Of a stretch of DNA of 64,000 nt, positions 9,484 to 18,228 are shown piece by piece; position 1 is the first letter of the stretch; the number at the start of each line of letters is the position of its first letter. The DNA comes from Polyangia bacterium (GTDB lineage Bacteria; Myxococcota_A; Polyangia; Palsa-1104; JAEUJZ01), in NCBI GenBank assembly GCA_044228505.1, contig JBGAUT010000001.1:172113-236112 (forward strand). Reading direction: 5' to 3'. Below the pieces are notes generated by a model, which saw only the letters and a program-made list of their open reading frames with translations, was not told where the DNA came from and made no database searches. A program made the position numbers and the translations under genes.

Positions 9484-11054
9484 CAGAGCCGAGCTCCGCT
9501 TTGGTACGTTTCAACAGATCCACTCACAACTTTGTCATCGAGCAATTCCAACCGCACATAGGTCGGTTTTTGCATGATCAGGCGCTCATAACGACGCTCG
9601 GCGATATCATCGACCAGTCGTCTCAGTGCACCATCAGAGACGCCGGGATCATCGGAAAAAACCGCATCTGGCACACACATCAGATCGGCCCACGTTCCGC
9701 TGTTCAGATAGCGTCCTCCGTTCGACAGCGGCAGATCTCGGGCCAAGTGGGTGTGGCCCATCACGATGTAGCGAAATGGCCCGAGTTGTCCTAGTTCCTG
9801 TGCAGCCCGATACAGCGGCTCTTTGGGCTCCACTTTGTCGAGCGCAAACAGTGTTGGATCGCAGAACGCTCGTAGCGCGATCCGCAGCGCTTTGAGTCGT
9901 CCCTCGGGATCGCTGCTCGATGACAGGATCAGCTTGGCCCACGACAAGCCGCCTGCAAAAAACGAGTCACGGCCACCGGAGCGTTCCTTGTCGCTCGGTC
10001 TGGCCGCGATGTCGCCTCGGATCGGGCCTCGGGACGTGAGACCTCCATCGCGCATCGCCGGGCCTGCCGGAGCAAGCAGCGACAGGAACAGACTCGCCTG
10101 GTCGCTTCCCAGTGCCTCGCCAAGGAGAGTTCGCAGCTCGCCGTCTCCGTCGGTCACGCCACCACGGAAGCCGAGATCACCGCCAGCGAAGGAAGTGCGC
10201 TCAGTCTGGGGGGCGGCGCTGATATCCCCTGACCGAGTTGGCAGCGACGGGGAGGTTAGCTTGTGGTCGCCCGCTTTAACGGCCAGCTTGGCAAACTGCG
10301 CGATCAACTTGCGCGAGCCCGGCTCGAGCGCCAAAAGTAGTGGAACTGCCGCTGTCGACTCTGGTTTGAGCAGATCGATGAACGGATAGTTGCGCTTGAT
10401 CGGGTTCATCACCGCAGCGACCAACTGACTGCCCGCCGGAGGTTGCAACCGCAAGTTGGATGGGATCGGCTGGCCACGAGACTGGAGTGAGCACACCCGT
10501 CGTAGCGCGTCGTAGTCGATCGCATTCCAGCCGTCGTAGCGGTTGCCGTGCTCAACGAGCGCATCGCCGATTGCATAGGCTTCACCGTCGTAGATGAAGC
10601 GCAAACTGACCTGGTCGGACACCCCGAGCTGCCGCTGCAGAAGCTGTCGCACTCGCGGATAGGCCAGCTCGATGTCGTGGTTGCCGAGCAGAACCGTCAG
10701 TTTGTGGCCGCGCTCGACGAACCGTCGTAGTGCCGCAAAGACCTCCGCGCAGCGAGACACCACCGTCAGAAGGAGCTGTTCGGCGACCTTGGCATCGTCA
10801 CGCAGCGGCGTCCAACTGAGGTCGTTCGAATCGCTTGCCGTATCAGGCTCGGCCAGAAAGTCGACGAAGTCGCCGTTGATGCAAAGCTCGATCGGGTGTT
10901 CGCTCGGCGACTCGTGGGCCAGTCGGTCGATCATTTCGGCCAGTGCGGCGGTCTGGGTGCAGATCTGAAAGCCGCGCTCGCCCGTCGTCTGTGGCCCCGC
11001 TCCGCCCAAGTGGAGATCGGAAACGATGTAGGCTCTCCGCCGCTGTTCTATCAT
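9483..11054 (-). CDS. Calcineurin-like metallophosphoesterase with large internal insertion
   Basis: SDLH, NGDFVD, GNHD, EHGN, GHTH and NSGTW motifs; TGATG overlap with the downstream protease-STAND gene. Confidence 0.9.
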   Translation of the reverse strand: MIEQRRRAYIVSDLHLGGAGPQTTGERGFQICTQTAALAEMIDRLAHESPSEHPIELCINGDFVDFLAEPDTASDSNDLSWTPLRDDAKVAEQLLLTVVSRCAEVFAALRRFVERGHKLTVLLGNHDIELAYPRVRQLLQRQLGVSDQVSLRFIYDGEAYAIGDALVEHGNRYDGWNAIDYDALRRVCSLQSRGQPIPSNLRLQPPAGSQLVAAVMNPIKRNYPFIDLLKPESTAAVPLLLALEPGSRKLIAQFAKLAVKAGDHKLTSPSLPTRSGDISAAPQTERTSFAGGDLGFRGGVTDGDGELRTLLGEALGSDQASLFLSLLAPAGPAMRDGGLTSRGPIRGDIAARPSDKERSGGRDSFFAGGLSWAKLILSSSSDPEGRLKALRIALRAFCDPTLFALDKVEPKEPLYRAAQELGQLGPFRYIVMGHTHLARDLPLSNGGRYLNSGTWADLMCVPDAVFSDDPGVSDGALRRLVDDIAERRYERLIMQKPTYVRLELLDDKVVSGSVETYQSGARL

Positions 11055-11327
11055 CGCAAATTCCTTGTCGAGAGCCGATGTGGCGTTCCTGGACGTACCC
11101 GCTCATACACCCAGCCACTATAGGCGACCAGGTGCGCGACCCCAAGCTGTCGGCGAAACAGGTCAGCGGCTTCCATCTATAAACTGATAATATTTTGTAA
11201 ATTTTCTCACGTATTTTACATCCAATAGCGGGCCTTACGGCCTCATCGACTGGTCGAACCAGCGGAGTGCAAGCACCTTTGCGAGCAGACGCCGATAACC
11301 AGATCGATTCAACTGGGAGTAAGTGCA

Positions 11328-13385
11328 ATGGCCAAAACGGGTCAGCGCAGGGAAGCGTATGGCGTCTACTATTTCGTCGTCGAGATCGAGGGCGAACGAT
11401 TCGCTCACTTCCGCTCCGCTACCGGCCTCAAGTCCGAGGCAGAAGTGGTGCCGATGTCGGAAGGTGGTTGGAACGCTGCCGAGCATAAGCTCGTCGGACG
11501 GACCAAATACCCCAACATCGTCCTGAAGCAGGGAGCGGCGGGACCGGAGATGTGGCGCAAGCGTCAGCGCTACATCAGCGACACCACTGGCGATCTCCGT
11601 CGCTTCGATGGGGCGGTCATCCAGATGGGCCCTGGCGGAAAAGCCGTCGCCACCTGGACGTTTACCAATGCGTGGGTTTGCAAGTGGGAAGCGCCCGATT
11701 GGGATGCCAACAAGAACGAGATCGCCATCGAGACGATCGAGATCGTTCACGAAGGGCTTGCGCTCAACGGCTCCGGCCCGACGCCGCCACGCTCGAAGCA
11801 CTCCTCTGGGGCGAAGAGTGCCGCGTCACCTGGCGCTGCCAAGCAAGCCGCGGCGGCTGCCAAAGGCGGTGCGGGGGCCGCAGCCAAGGGTGCCACCGAT
11901 GCCGCCAAGGGTGCCGCCAAGGGTGCCACCGACGCAGCCAAGAGCGCAGCCAAGGGTGCCACCGACGCAGCGAAGGGGGCAGCCAAGACTGCCGCTGACG
12001 CGGCCAAGGATGCAGCCAAGACGGCCGAGAAGGCCGCAGGCAAGGCTGTCGCCGACGCTACCAAGGACGTGGCCAAAGCCGCAGGCAAAGCCGGCGTCGA
12101 CAACTTCAAGCCTGAAGTCACCGTTGGTAAGGACGGTGTCCATGCGCACGTTGAAGGCGACTTCAAGAAGAACATCGCGGGCGTGCCGGTGAGTGGTCAC
12201 GTCTCGGCGGATGCCGTCGCCAACAAGAACGGAGTCAAAGCCACTGCCAGCGGTAATGCCAAAGCCGAGGCCGGTCCGGTCAAAGCCGAAGCGAAAGCTG
12301 ATGCCGGAGTTTCCGTCGGTAAGGATGGCGTCAAAGCGCACGCTCAAGGCGAGGTGGCGGCCAAGGCGGATGTCAAGGCCGGTCCCGTCGACATTCACGC
12401 CGATGCGTCAGCCAAGGGTCGCGTCGATGAAAAGGGCGCGACGGGCTCGGTGGATGCGAACGTCAATGCCAAGACCCAGGCCAAGGTCGCTGGGATGGAC
12501 GTGAAGGCCGAGGCTGGGGCCAAGGTTCACGCCGACGAAAAAGGCAGCCATGCCGAAGCTGGCGTGAAAGCCACTGCCGAGGGCAAGGTCGGCCCGGCCA
12601 ACGTCAAGGCGGGTGCCGATGCCGGTGTGACGGCCGACAGCAAGGAAGGCGTCAAGGCTCATGCTGGGGCGGAAGCTCACGCCGATGCGAAGGTGGGCAA
12701 CGCGACGGTGAGTGGAGATGCCAAGGCTGGCGTGACGGCGGACAAGACGGGAGTGCATGGCTCGGCGGATGCGCACGTCGGAGCCAAGGCAGAGCAGAAG
12801 ATCGGTGGAACGACGGTGACCGAGGAAGTGGGAGCCGGGGTGCATGCCGATGAGAAAGGCACGACGGCCGGAGTTGAGGCCAAGGCGCATGCGGAAGGCA
12901 AGAGCGGGCCTGTGGCCTACAATGCCGATGCCGGAGCCGGAGCCTCGGTGGGGCCAGATGGACCGAAAGCGCACGCCGAGGTGGGTGGGCACGCCGATGC
13001 GAAGGTGGGCGATACCAACCTGAGCGGGGACGCCAAGGCTGGCGTGACGGCGGACAAGACGGGCGTACAGGCGGGGGTTGATGCCAAGGTTCATGCGGAC
13101 GGTAAGGCCGGCCCGGTAGCCTACAATGCCGACGCCGGAGCCGGAGCATCAGTCGGCCCAGGTGGACCTCGTGCCTATGGCGATCTTCGTGCCACGGCGC
13201 AAGAGAAGATTGGCCCAGTGACCGTTACCGAAGATATCAACGCGCACGCCACCGTCGACAAAAAGGGAGTTCATGCCCAGGCCAGCGGCGATGTCTCTGG
13301 CGAAGCAGGCGGCAAGAAGGTCGGCGCTCATGGCGAAGTGAGCAACGAAAGCGCGCCAAAGGGCAACGTCTACAAGAACTTCTAG
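11328..13385 (+). CDS. T4 gp19-like (eCIS Afp1/5-type) tail tube domain fused to an Ala/Lys helical linker and an Ala/Gly/Val beta-repeat domain
   Basis: First ~146 aa carry F.VEIEG..F...GL..E....EGG.N...KL.GR.KY.NI.LK.G and W.F.NAW..KW..P..DA..NE.AIE.IE..HEG, typical of gp19 tube proteins; the remainder is low-complexity repeats. Confidence 0.85.
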   Translation: MAKTGQRREAYGVYYFVVEIEGERFAHFRSATGLKSEAEVVPMSEGGWNAAEHKLVGRTKYPNIVLKQGAAGPEMWRKRQRYISDTTGDLRRFDGAVIQMGPGGKAVATWTFTNAWVCKWEAPDWDANKNEIAIETIEIVHEGLALNGSGPTPPRSKHSSGAKSAASPGAAKQAAAAAKGGAGAAAKGATDAAKGAAKGATDAAKSAAKGATDAAKGAAKTAADAAKDAAKTAEKAAGKAVADATKDVAKAAGKAGVDNFKPEVTVGKDGVHAHVEGDFKKNIAGVPVSGHVSADAVANKNGVKATASGNAKAEAGPVKAEAKADAGVSVGKDGVKAHAQGEVAAKADVKAGPVDIHADASAKGRVDEKGATGSVDANVNAKTQAKVAGMDVKAEAGAKVHADEKGSHAEAGVKATAEGKVGPANVKAGADAGVTADSKEGVKAHAGAEAHADAKVGNATVSGDAKAGVTADKTGVHGSADAHVGAKAEQKIGGTTVTEEVGAGVHADEKGTTAGVEAKAHAEGKSGPVAYNADAGAGASVGPDGPKAHAEVGGHADAKVGDTNLSGDAKAGVTADKTGVQAGVDAKVHADGKAGPVAYNADAGAGASVGPGGPRAYGDLRATAQEKIGPVTVTEDINAHATVDKKGVHAQASGDVSGEAGGKKVGAHGEVSNESAPKGNVYKNF
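11883..12014 (+). repeat. 33-bp coding tandem repeat x4 (AKGATDAAKGA-like)
   Basis: gccaagggtgccaccga.gc.gc.aag... unit repeated four times with divergence. Confidence 0.85.
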
Positions 13386-13450
13386 GCAGCGATTTCGCCG
13401 AAAAGCCGCCGATTTTGGTCAAAACAGACCGAAAATGGCGGGGCTCGTCC

Positions 13451-13489
13451 AACCCATCACTAGGCATTGAGCCGGGTGATGGGTTTTTT
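13451..13489 (+). terminator. Probable intrinsic terminator after the tail-tube fusion gene
   Basis: Stem AACCCATCAC/GTGATGGGTT followed by a T-tract; lies between convergent genes; a second hairpin at ~13406-13441. Confidence 0.6.
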
Positions 13490-13507
13490 ATTTGGCAGGT
13501 TTGGCGA

Positions 13508-15085
13508 CTAACCGACGAGTGGGGCCCCGATGAGGCGGCGAAGCTGGATGATCGACAACGACAGATCGAAGCGAGCCTGCGCCAAGCCGACCGCCGATAG
13601 GTCCATCTGATCCTGCGAAGTCAGCAGATCGAGCTGAGTGGCCGTACCGGCCTCGTACTGAAGCCGAACCAAGTTGAGTGTCTCCTGGGCCATCTGGAAG
13701 GCGCGCTGTGCGGTGAGGAGGCCCTGGCGCTTGGTCTGGACGGTGCGGCGAGCGTTGATGACTTCATCGCTGATGCTCTCGCGGAGCTGCTCCATCCGCA
13801 GCTCGGCATCGCGGCGCTGGGCATCGAACTGGTGGCGCTGCGCATCGCGGACAAAGCCGTCGAAGAGCTGCCAGTCGATTTGGGCACCGAAGGAGTAGCT
13901 GTCATTGCGGCCCGCAAAGCCGGTGGCATTGGTCAGGCGGATGTTGCCAAACAGCGAGACGTTGGGCGCATAGCGCAGCCACGATGACGTCACTTGCGAC
14001 TTGGCGGCCTGCATCGACAGATCGATGCTGAGAAGCTCGGGACGGCTCTTGAGCGCTTGGTCGACAAGTTGATCTTCGGCGGTCAGCTCAGTGCTCGGCT
14101 CGGGCGGCGGCGTAACCTTGAAGCTGCCTGCCGGTTGCTTGATCATCGTCGCCAGCATTCGATAGGCCGAGGCTCGGCTGTCTTGAGACTCGAGCAGACG
14201 TTGTTTGGCCTGAATCAGCGCCAGCTCGGCCCGAGTGACCTCGACCTTGTTGACGACGCCTGCTTGCAGTCGGACCTTGGCGTTATCAACGGTCTTTTGG
14301 GCGACCTCGATGGTGTTGGTGCGAGCGGCGACCAGCTCTTCTGAGCCTGCAGCAGCAAAAAACGCCGTTGCTACCGATTGAAGCACCTGCGCCATCGTCA
14401 CCTCGAGCTGCCGTTCCTGGGCGCGGTAGGCCAGCTTTGCTCCTTGTAGGGCAGGGTAGGCAGCCGGGACCAGTAGCGGCACGTTGGCGACGATATTGGC
14501 GTCCAGTTGCAGGCGCGGCTGGATCACGATTTGTGGGTTGGCGCTGGTGAGCATCGAATCCAGCTCATCCACCGTCGGTGGTGCTTTGGTAAGCTGTGAG
14601 GCCGGGTCGGTGAGCTGCTTACACAGCGAGTCCACTGCGTCGCGGTTTGCTCCGCTGGCATTCCGACAGTAATCGGCGAGCGACTTGGTCAGCGTCCCTT
14701 GCTGCAGCATGCCGGTCTTGGCCAGCGCGATCGACGCATCCGAAATCGCTCCGCCCTGAAGCAGGCTGGAAAAGGTCTGCGCTCTCTGATCAAAGGGAAC
14801 TTTGACCTCGGGCTCGTTGATGGTCAGTCGCCCTTGCACGTTCAGCGTGGGAAGTAGCGCTGCCATGGCGCGCTCGACGTCGGCGTGCGAGCCCTTGAGT
14901 CGGGCTCGCGCAGCGGCGAGATCGCGGTTCTGGGTTTCGCCCAGCTTGATGGCATCCTCAATGGTTAGGCTGCGAGCGGCATTTGCCGTCGCTGCACGAG
15001 AGTCTTGTTGGGCAGCCGAGAGAGCGGGTGACAGCGAGGTCACCGAGCACAAGGCGAACGCAAACAGGCGTGCGCACGGGTACAT
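13508..15085 (-). CDS. TolC-family outer membrane efflux protein
   Basis: Signal peptide; LTIEDAI..N.DL; RPEL; YEAGTAT.LDLL..Q; two OEP repeats. Confidence 0.9.
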   Translation of the reverse strand: MYPCARLFAFALCSVTSLSPALSAAQQDSRAATANAARSLTIEDAIKLGETQNRDLAAARARLKGSHADVERAMAALLPTLNVQGRLTINEPEVKVPFDQRAQTFSSLLQGGAISDASIALAKTGMLQQGTLTKSLADYCRNASGANRDAVDSLCKQLTDPASQLTKAPPTVDELDSMLTSANPQIVIQPRLQLDANIVANVPLLVPAAYPALQGAKLAYRAQERQLEVTMAQVLQSVATAFFAAAGSEELVAARTNTIEVAQKTVDNAKVRLQAGVVNKVEVTRAELALIQAKQRLLESQDSRASAYRMLATMIKQPAGSFKVTPPPEPSTELTAEDQLVDQALKSRPELLSIDLSMQAAKSQVTSSWLRYAPNVSLFGNIRLTNATGFAGRNDSYSFGAQIDWQLFDGFVRDAQRHQFDAQRRDAELRMEQLRESISDEVINARRTVQTKRQGLLTAQRAFQMAQETLNLVRLQYEAGTATQLDLLTSQDQMDLSAVGLAQARFDLSLSIIQLRRLIGAPLVG

Positions 15086-15120
15086 GGAGCTTTCGATCCT
15101 TTCTGCTTTCGGTCGAGCGA

Positions 15121-15528
15121 CTAGGGAACGAGCTTAAGGTGGCTCGGTCGCGGCTTCTTACCAGGTTTCGCTGGCGGCGGTGGCGGCTCTGGTGGTGGAG
15201 GAGGCTCCGCAGCCTCAACGTCTTTGGGAACGTCCTCTTCCCAAACCATGCCTCGTTTGTCGCCATCGTGCATCGCAAATACCGCTGACCAGGGAATCAG
15301 CGTCGAGTGCGGACTCCTTTGGAAGGACAGAGTTGCTTTGATGCCTTCGTCGTCAATCGTGAGGTCCGCAATCGGCATCGGCATGTTATAGCCGTATTGC
15401 AATACGAGCCGTGGCTCTCTCCTCAGGTGGGGGGGCAAAACAACGCCGTCCCGACGAGGGTCGAGCACAACGTAGACCCACGCATCCTTGAGGAGTTCGA
15501 GCATCACCTGTTTCTTTTCCGGGAGCAT
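15121..15528 (-). CDS. sspB: ClpXP specificity-enhancing factor SspB family
   Basis: GVVLP..LVLQY, LSF...IPWSAVF; Pro-rich linker; C-terminal RPSHLKLV resembling the ClpX-binding tail. Confidence 0.85.
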   Translation of the reverse strand: MLPEKKQVMLELLKDAWVYVVLDPRRDGVVLPPHLRREPRLVLQYGYNMPMPIADLTIDDEGIKATLSFQRSPHSTLIPWSAVFAMHDGDKRGMVWEEDVPKDVEAAEPPPPPEPPPPPAKPGKKPRPSHLKLVP

Positions 15529-15645
15529 GACGAGTCTTTCCGTGACTGGAATCGAACGTACGTTAGCACGGCTCCCAAAATTGGCACCCCGCTCGTATCG
15601 AGTCTATGTGAGACAACCGATTGCTTGAACTTGTACCCAAACGCC

Positions 15646-16053
15646 ATGCCTGAAAAAGATCCTTCTCATTGGCTGTACCGCTTTACCTCGGACGAATGGC
15701 TGCGCGCTTCCGCACACGAGCTGATTCATGCGCGGCGAGCCTTTTTGCAAAAAGCGCAGCGGGAAGGGGTGGCTCACTCGCGACGAGCGGCCGGGATGGC
15801 GGTAAATGCGCTGCTGTGGCATCGACCAGACGAGACGTATGGGCGCAGCTTTATGGAGCACTTGGCGACGCTGAAGAGCGATCCCAACGTGCCAGACCCG
15901 ATTCGACAGGCGGCAGAGGCCCTGGTTGGCATGTCGATGAAAGCCGAATTGGTGACGCTCGGCAAAACGGGGGATCCGACTCGGGTTGAGCCAGCCGAAC
16001 GGATTTTGGCCTGGGCGAAGCAGCTCGTCGCTGAATACCAGACGGTCCAGTAG
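15646..16053 (+). CDS. Hypothetical helical protein, possibly HEPN-like
   Basis: EWLRASAHELIHA...HSRRAAGMAVNALL pattern recalls HEPN helices; contains RSFMEH (Rx4H). Confidence 0.5.
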   Translation: MPEKDPSHWLYRFTSDEWLRASAHELIHARRAFLQKAQREGVAHSRRAAGMAVNALLWHRPDETYGRSFMEHLATLKSDPNVPDPIRQAAEALVGMSMKAELVTLGKTGDPTRVEPAERILAWAKQLVAEYQTVQ

Positions 16054-16087
16054 GAATCTCTCGTCGAAGCGTGGCTTCGGACGTCGG

Positions 16088-16873
16088 CTAGTTACCTCGA
16101 AAAACCGGCGGCCGCTTTTCCAAAAAAGCCGCCACACCTTCGCTGGCGTCTGCGGTCTTGCTGAGCAGGCTCTGGCTGTGGGCTTCCCACTCGAGCATCG
16201 TTCCCAAGTCCACGGTCGCGCTGCGATGAAGTGCGCGCTTGGTCATCGCCTGAGCCAGTTTCGGTCCACTTGCCAGCTTTTCGCACCAGCCGAGTGCCGT
16301 CTGCTCCAACTCGCTTGCCGCCACCACCGAGTGTACCAAACCAATCGTCTTGGCTTCGTCTGCGCTCAGCACGGCGGCGGTCATGAGCATGTGCATCGCT
16401 TTCGACGAGCCAACCGCCTGAGGCAACAGCCATGACAGCCCAAAGTCTGCGGACAGTCCGACACGATGAAAGACAGCTCCAAAGGTCGCGGTATCGGCAC
16501 AAACGCGCAGATCACAGACGAGAGCCAATGACAGACCGGCCCCCATGCACACCCCTGGAATGGCTGCGATGACCGGCAGGTCTAGCTCGTAGATGGTTTG
16601 AATCAGTCTGCTATCACGAACGAGCTGTTCTCGGCGATCGGCTGTGGACAGAGCCAGGCGATCGGGCATCGTCTTGAGGTCACCGCCGGATGAGAATGCA
16701 CCGCCGCTGCCGCTCAGCAGGATGGCGCGTACTTGCGGTTGTCGCTGAATTTCGACGAGGTGCGCTGCCAGTTGCTGCCATTCTTCAGGCCGTAGCGCGT
16801 TTTTTGCCTCGGGACGATGAAGGGTGAGACGGGCCACTCGCCCCGCCAGGTCGAAGGACAGCAGAACCGACAT
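16088..16873 (-). CDS. Enoyl-CoA hydratase/isomerase family protein
   Basis: L.RPEAKNAL, FSSGGDL, GAGLSLAL.CDLR and EGVAAFLEKRPPVF motifs. Confidence 0.93.
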   Translation of the reverse strand: MSVLLSFDLAGRVARLTLHRPEAKNALRPEEWQQLAAHLVEIQRQPQVRAILLSGSGGAFSSGGDLKTMPDRLALSTADRREQLVRDSRLIQTIYELDLPVIAAIPGVCMGAGLSLALVCDLRVCADTATFGAVFHRVGLSADFGLSWLLPQAVGSSKAMHMLMTAAVLSADEAKTIGLVHSVVAASELEQTALGWCEKLASGPKLAQAMTKRALHRSATVDLGTMLEWEAHSQSLLSKTADASEGVAAFLEKRPPVFRGN

Positions 16874-16965
16874 GGAGAGGTTTATATCGCGATTCCAGTG
16901 ACGGATCCGGCTATCTATGGCTAAAATTGCCACCTTAGGCGCTGATTCGGCGTCCTGTGATCTTG

Positions 16966-17781
16966 ATGCACAACTTCCTCTTGGACTTCGACTGGGCTGC
17001 CGGCGTTGATACGTTGGCGCAGGCAGCTTCTCCGGTGGCGACAAAGCTTGGTGCTTTTGAGTCGCTTCGTGACTGGGCCAAAAACGCGGATCGCATCACG
17101 CTGCTGACGCTCGGGTCGATGATCCTGTGCTCTGTGGCGGCGGTGACGGTCGCGATCGAGCGTACGCTGACGCTGTGGAATCTTGCGGAGTCATCGCGTC
17201 GACTGGCGGAATTGGTCCGACGGGCTCTGTATCGGGGAGCGATCGTCGATGCTCGAACCGCTTGTCAGCGCAGCAAGTCGCCTCTTGCTGACGTGATGCT
17301 GGTTGGTTTTGAGCGACTCGGCCGGGGGTCGAACGATGCACTGCGGGCGGCCGTCGAGCGTGAACGACAACGAATGGTGATGTCGCTGCGTGGCCCGCTG
17401 TGGGTGCTTGGTACGATTGGTGCGACGACACCGTTTCTCGGCCTGTTTGGTACCGTCATCGGAATCATGGGGGCGTTCCGCAAGATCGGTGAAAGCAACC
17501 AGGCCGGTATCCAAGTCGTCGGTCCATTCATCGCCGAAGCGCTGATCGCTACCGCCGTGGGCATTGGCATCGCCGTCGTGGCATTGCTCGTATTTAACTA
17601 CTTTCAGTCGCGACTGGCGAGGATGAGCATTGAGCTGCGGCTGGCGATCGAAGAGTTTTTGGAAGACCTGACCGACGCTGGAAGCAAGGCCGTACCACCT
17701 GAGCCGACCCGCGAGCGCAATGGGCTTGAAAGCAAAGAGAAGGCTGCGATGGCCAAAGACGCGAGCGAGGAGGCAGCCTGA
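16966..17781 (+). CDS. MotA/TolQ/ExbB proton channel protein
   Basis: LGTIGATTPFLGLFGTV.GIM.AF and IAEALIATAVG motifs. Confidence 0.93.
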   Translation: MHNFLLDFDWAAGVDTLAQAASPVATKLGAFESLRDWAKNADRITLLTLGSMILCSVAAVTVAIERTLTLWNLAESSRRLAELVRRALYRGAIVDARTACQRSKSPLADVMLVGFERLGRGSNDALRAAVERERQRMVMSLRGPLWVLGTIGATTPFLGLFGTVIGIMGAFRKIGESNQAGIQVVGPFIAEALIATAVGIGIAVVALLVFNYFQSRLARMSIELRLAIEEFLEDLTDAGSKAVPPEPTRERNGLESKEKAAMAKDASEEAA

Positions 17782-17782
17782 C

Positions 17783-18226
17783 ATGGCCCTGGGTAAAGTA
17801 CCCGGCAGTGATAGTGATCTTGATGACGAAGGCATCTTCGCCGAGATCAACATCACGCCGCTCACCGATATCTTCTTGGTGCTGCTGATCATCTTTATGG
17901 TGACTTCATCGGTGATTGCCGACGCTGGGGCTCGTTCGGGTCTGCGGGTCAATCTGCCCAAAGGCGCTACCAAGGAAGTCAATCCGGGTAGCAAGGACCT
18001 GACGGTGGCGATCGGATCCGACGGCAAAATGATGGTCGATGGCAAGCTGGTCGATGGCACCGAACTGGCGCGGCTATTTGCCGAGGCCAAAGGTCGAGAC
18101 ACATCGACGCAGATCATTGTTCACGCCGACGAGTCTACCGCGCATGGTCGTGTGGTTTCGGTCATGGAGTTGGCCAAGACCGCCGGGCTTCAGCGACTCG
18201 CGATTTCCACCCGCAAGGCTCGCTAG
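17783..18226 (+). CDS. ExbD/TolR biopolymer transport protein
   Basis: EINITPLTDIFLVLLIIFMV, VNLP, ADE...HG.VV.VM motifs. Confidence 0.93.
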   Translation: MALGKVPGSDSDLDDEGIFAEINITPLTDIFLVLLIIFMVTSSVIADAGARSGLRVNLPKGATKEVNPGSKDLTVAIGSDGKMMVDGKLVDGTELARLFAEAKGRDTSTQIIVHADESTAHGRVVSVMELAKTAGLQRLAISTRKAR

Positions 18227-18228
18227 CG

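Noticed and set aside
11268-11283. TGCAAGCACCTTTGCG as a third copy of the putative Zur-like palindrome
   Set aside because: Right half-site and spacing are mismatched, and there is no metal-related downstream gene
11883-12014. 33-bp repeats here and at 44128-44226 as possible CRISPR arrays
   Set aside because: Contiguous in-frame coding repeats without spacers; no cas genes
11328-13385. Prophage interpretation of the tail-tube gene
   Set aside because: No integrase, terminase, capsid, sheath or baseplate gene in the window; codon usage looks host-like
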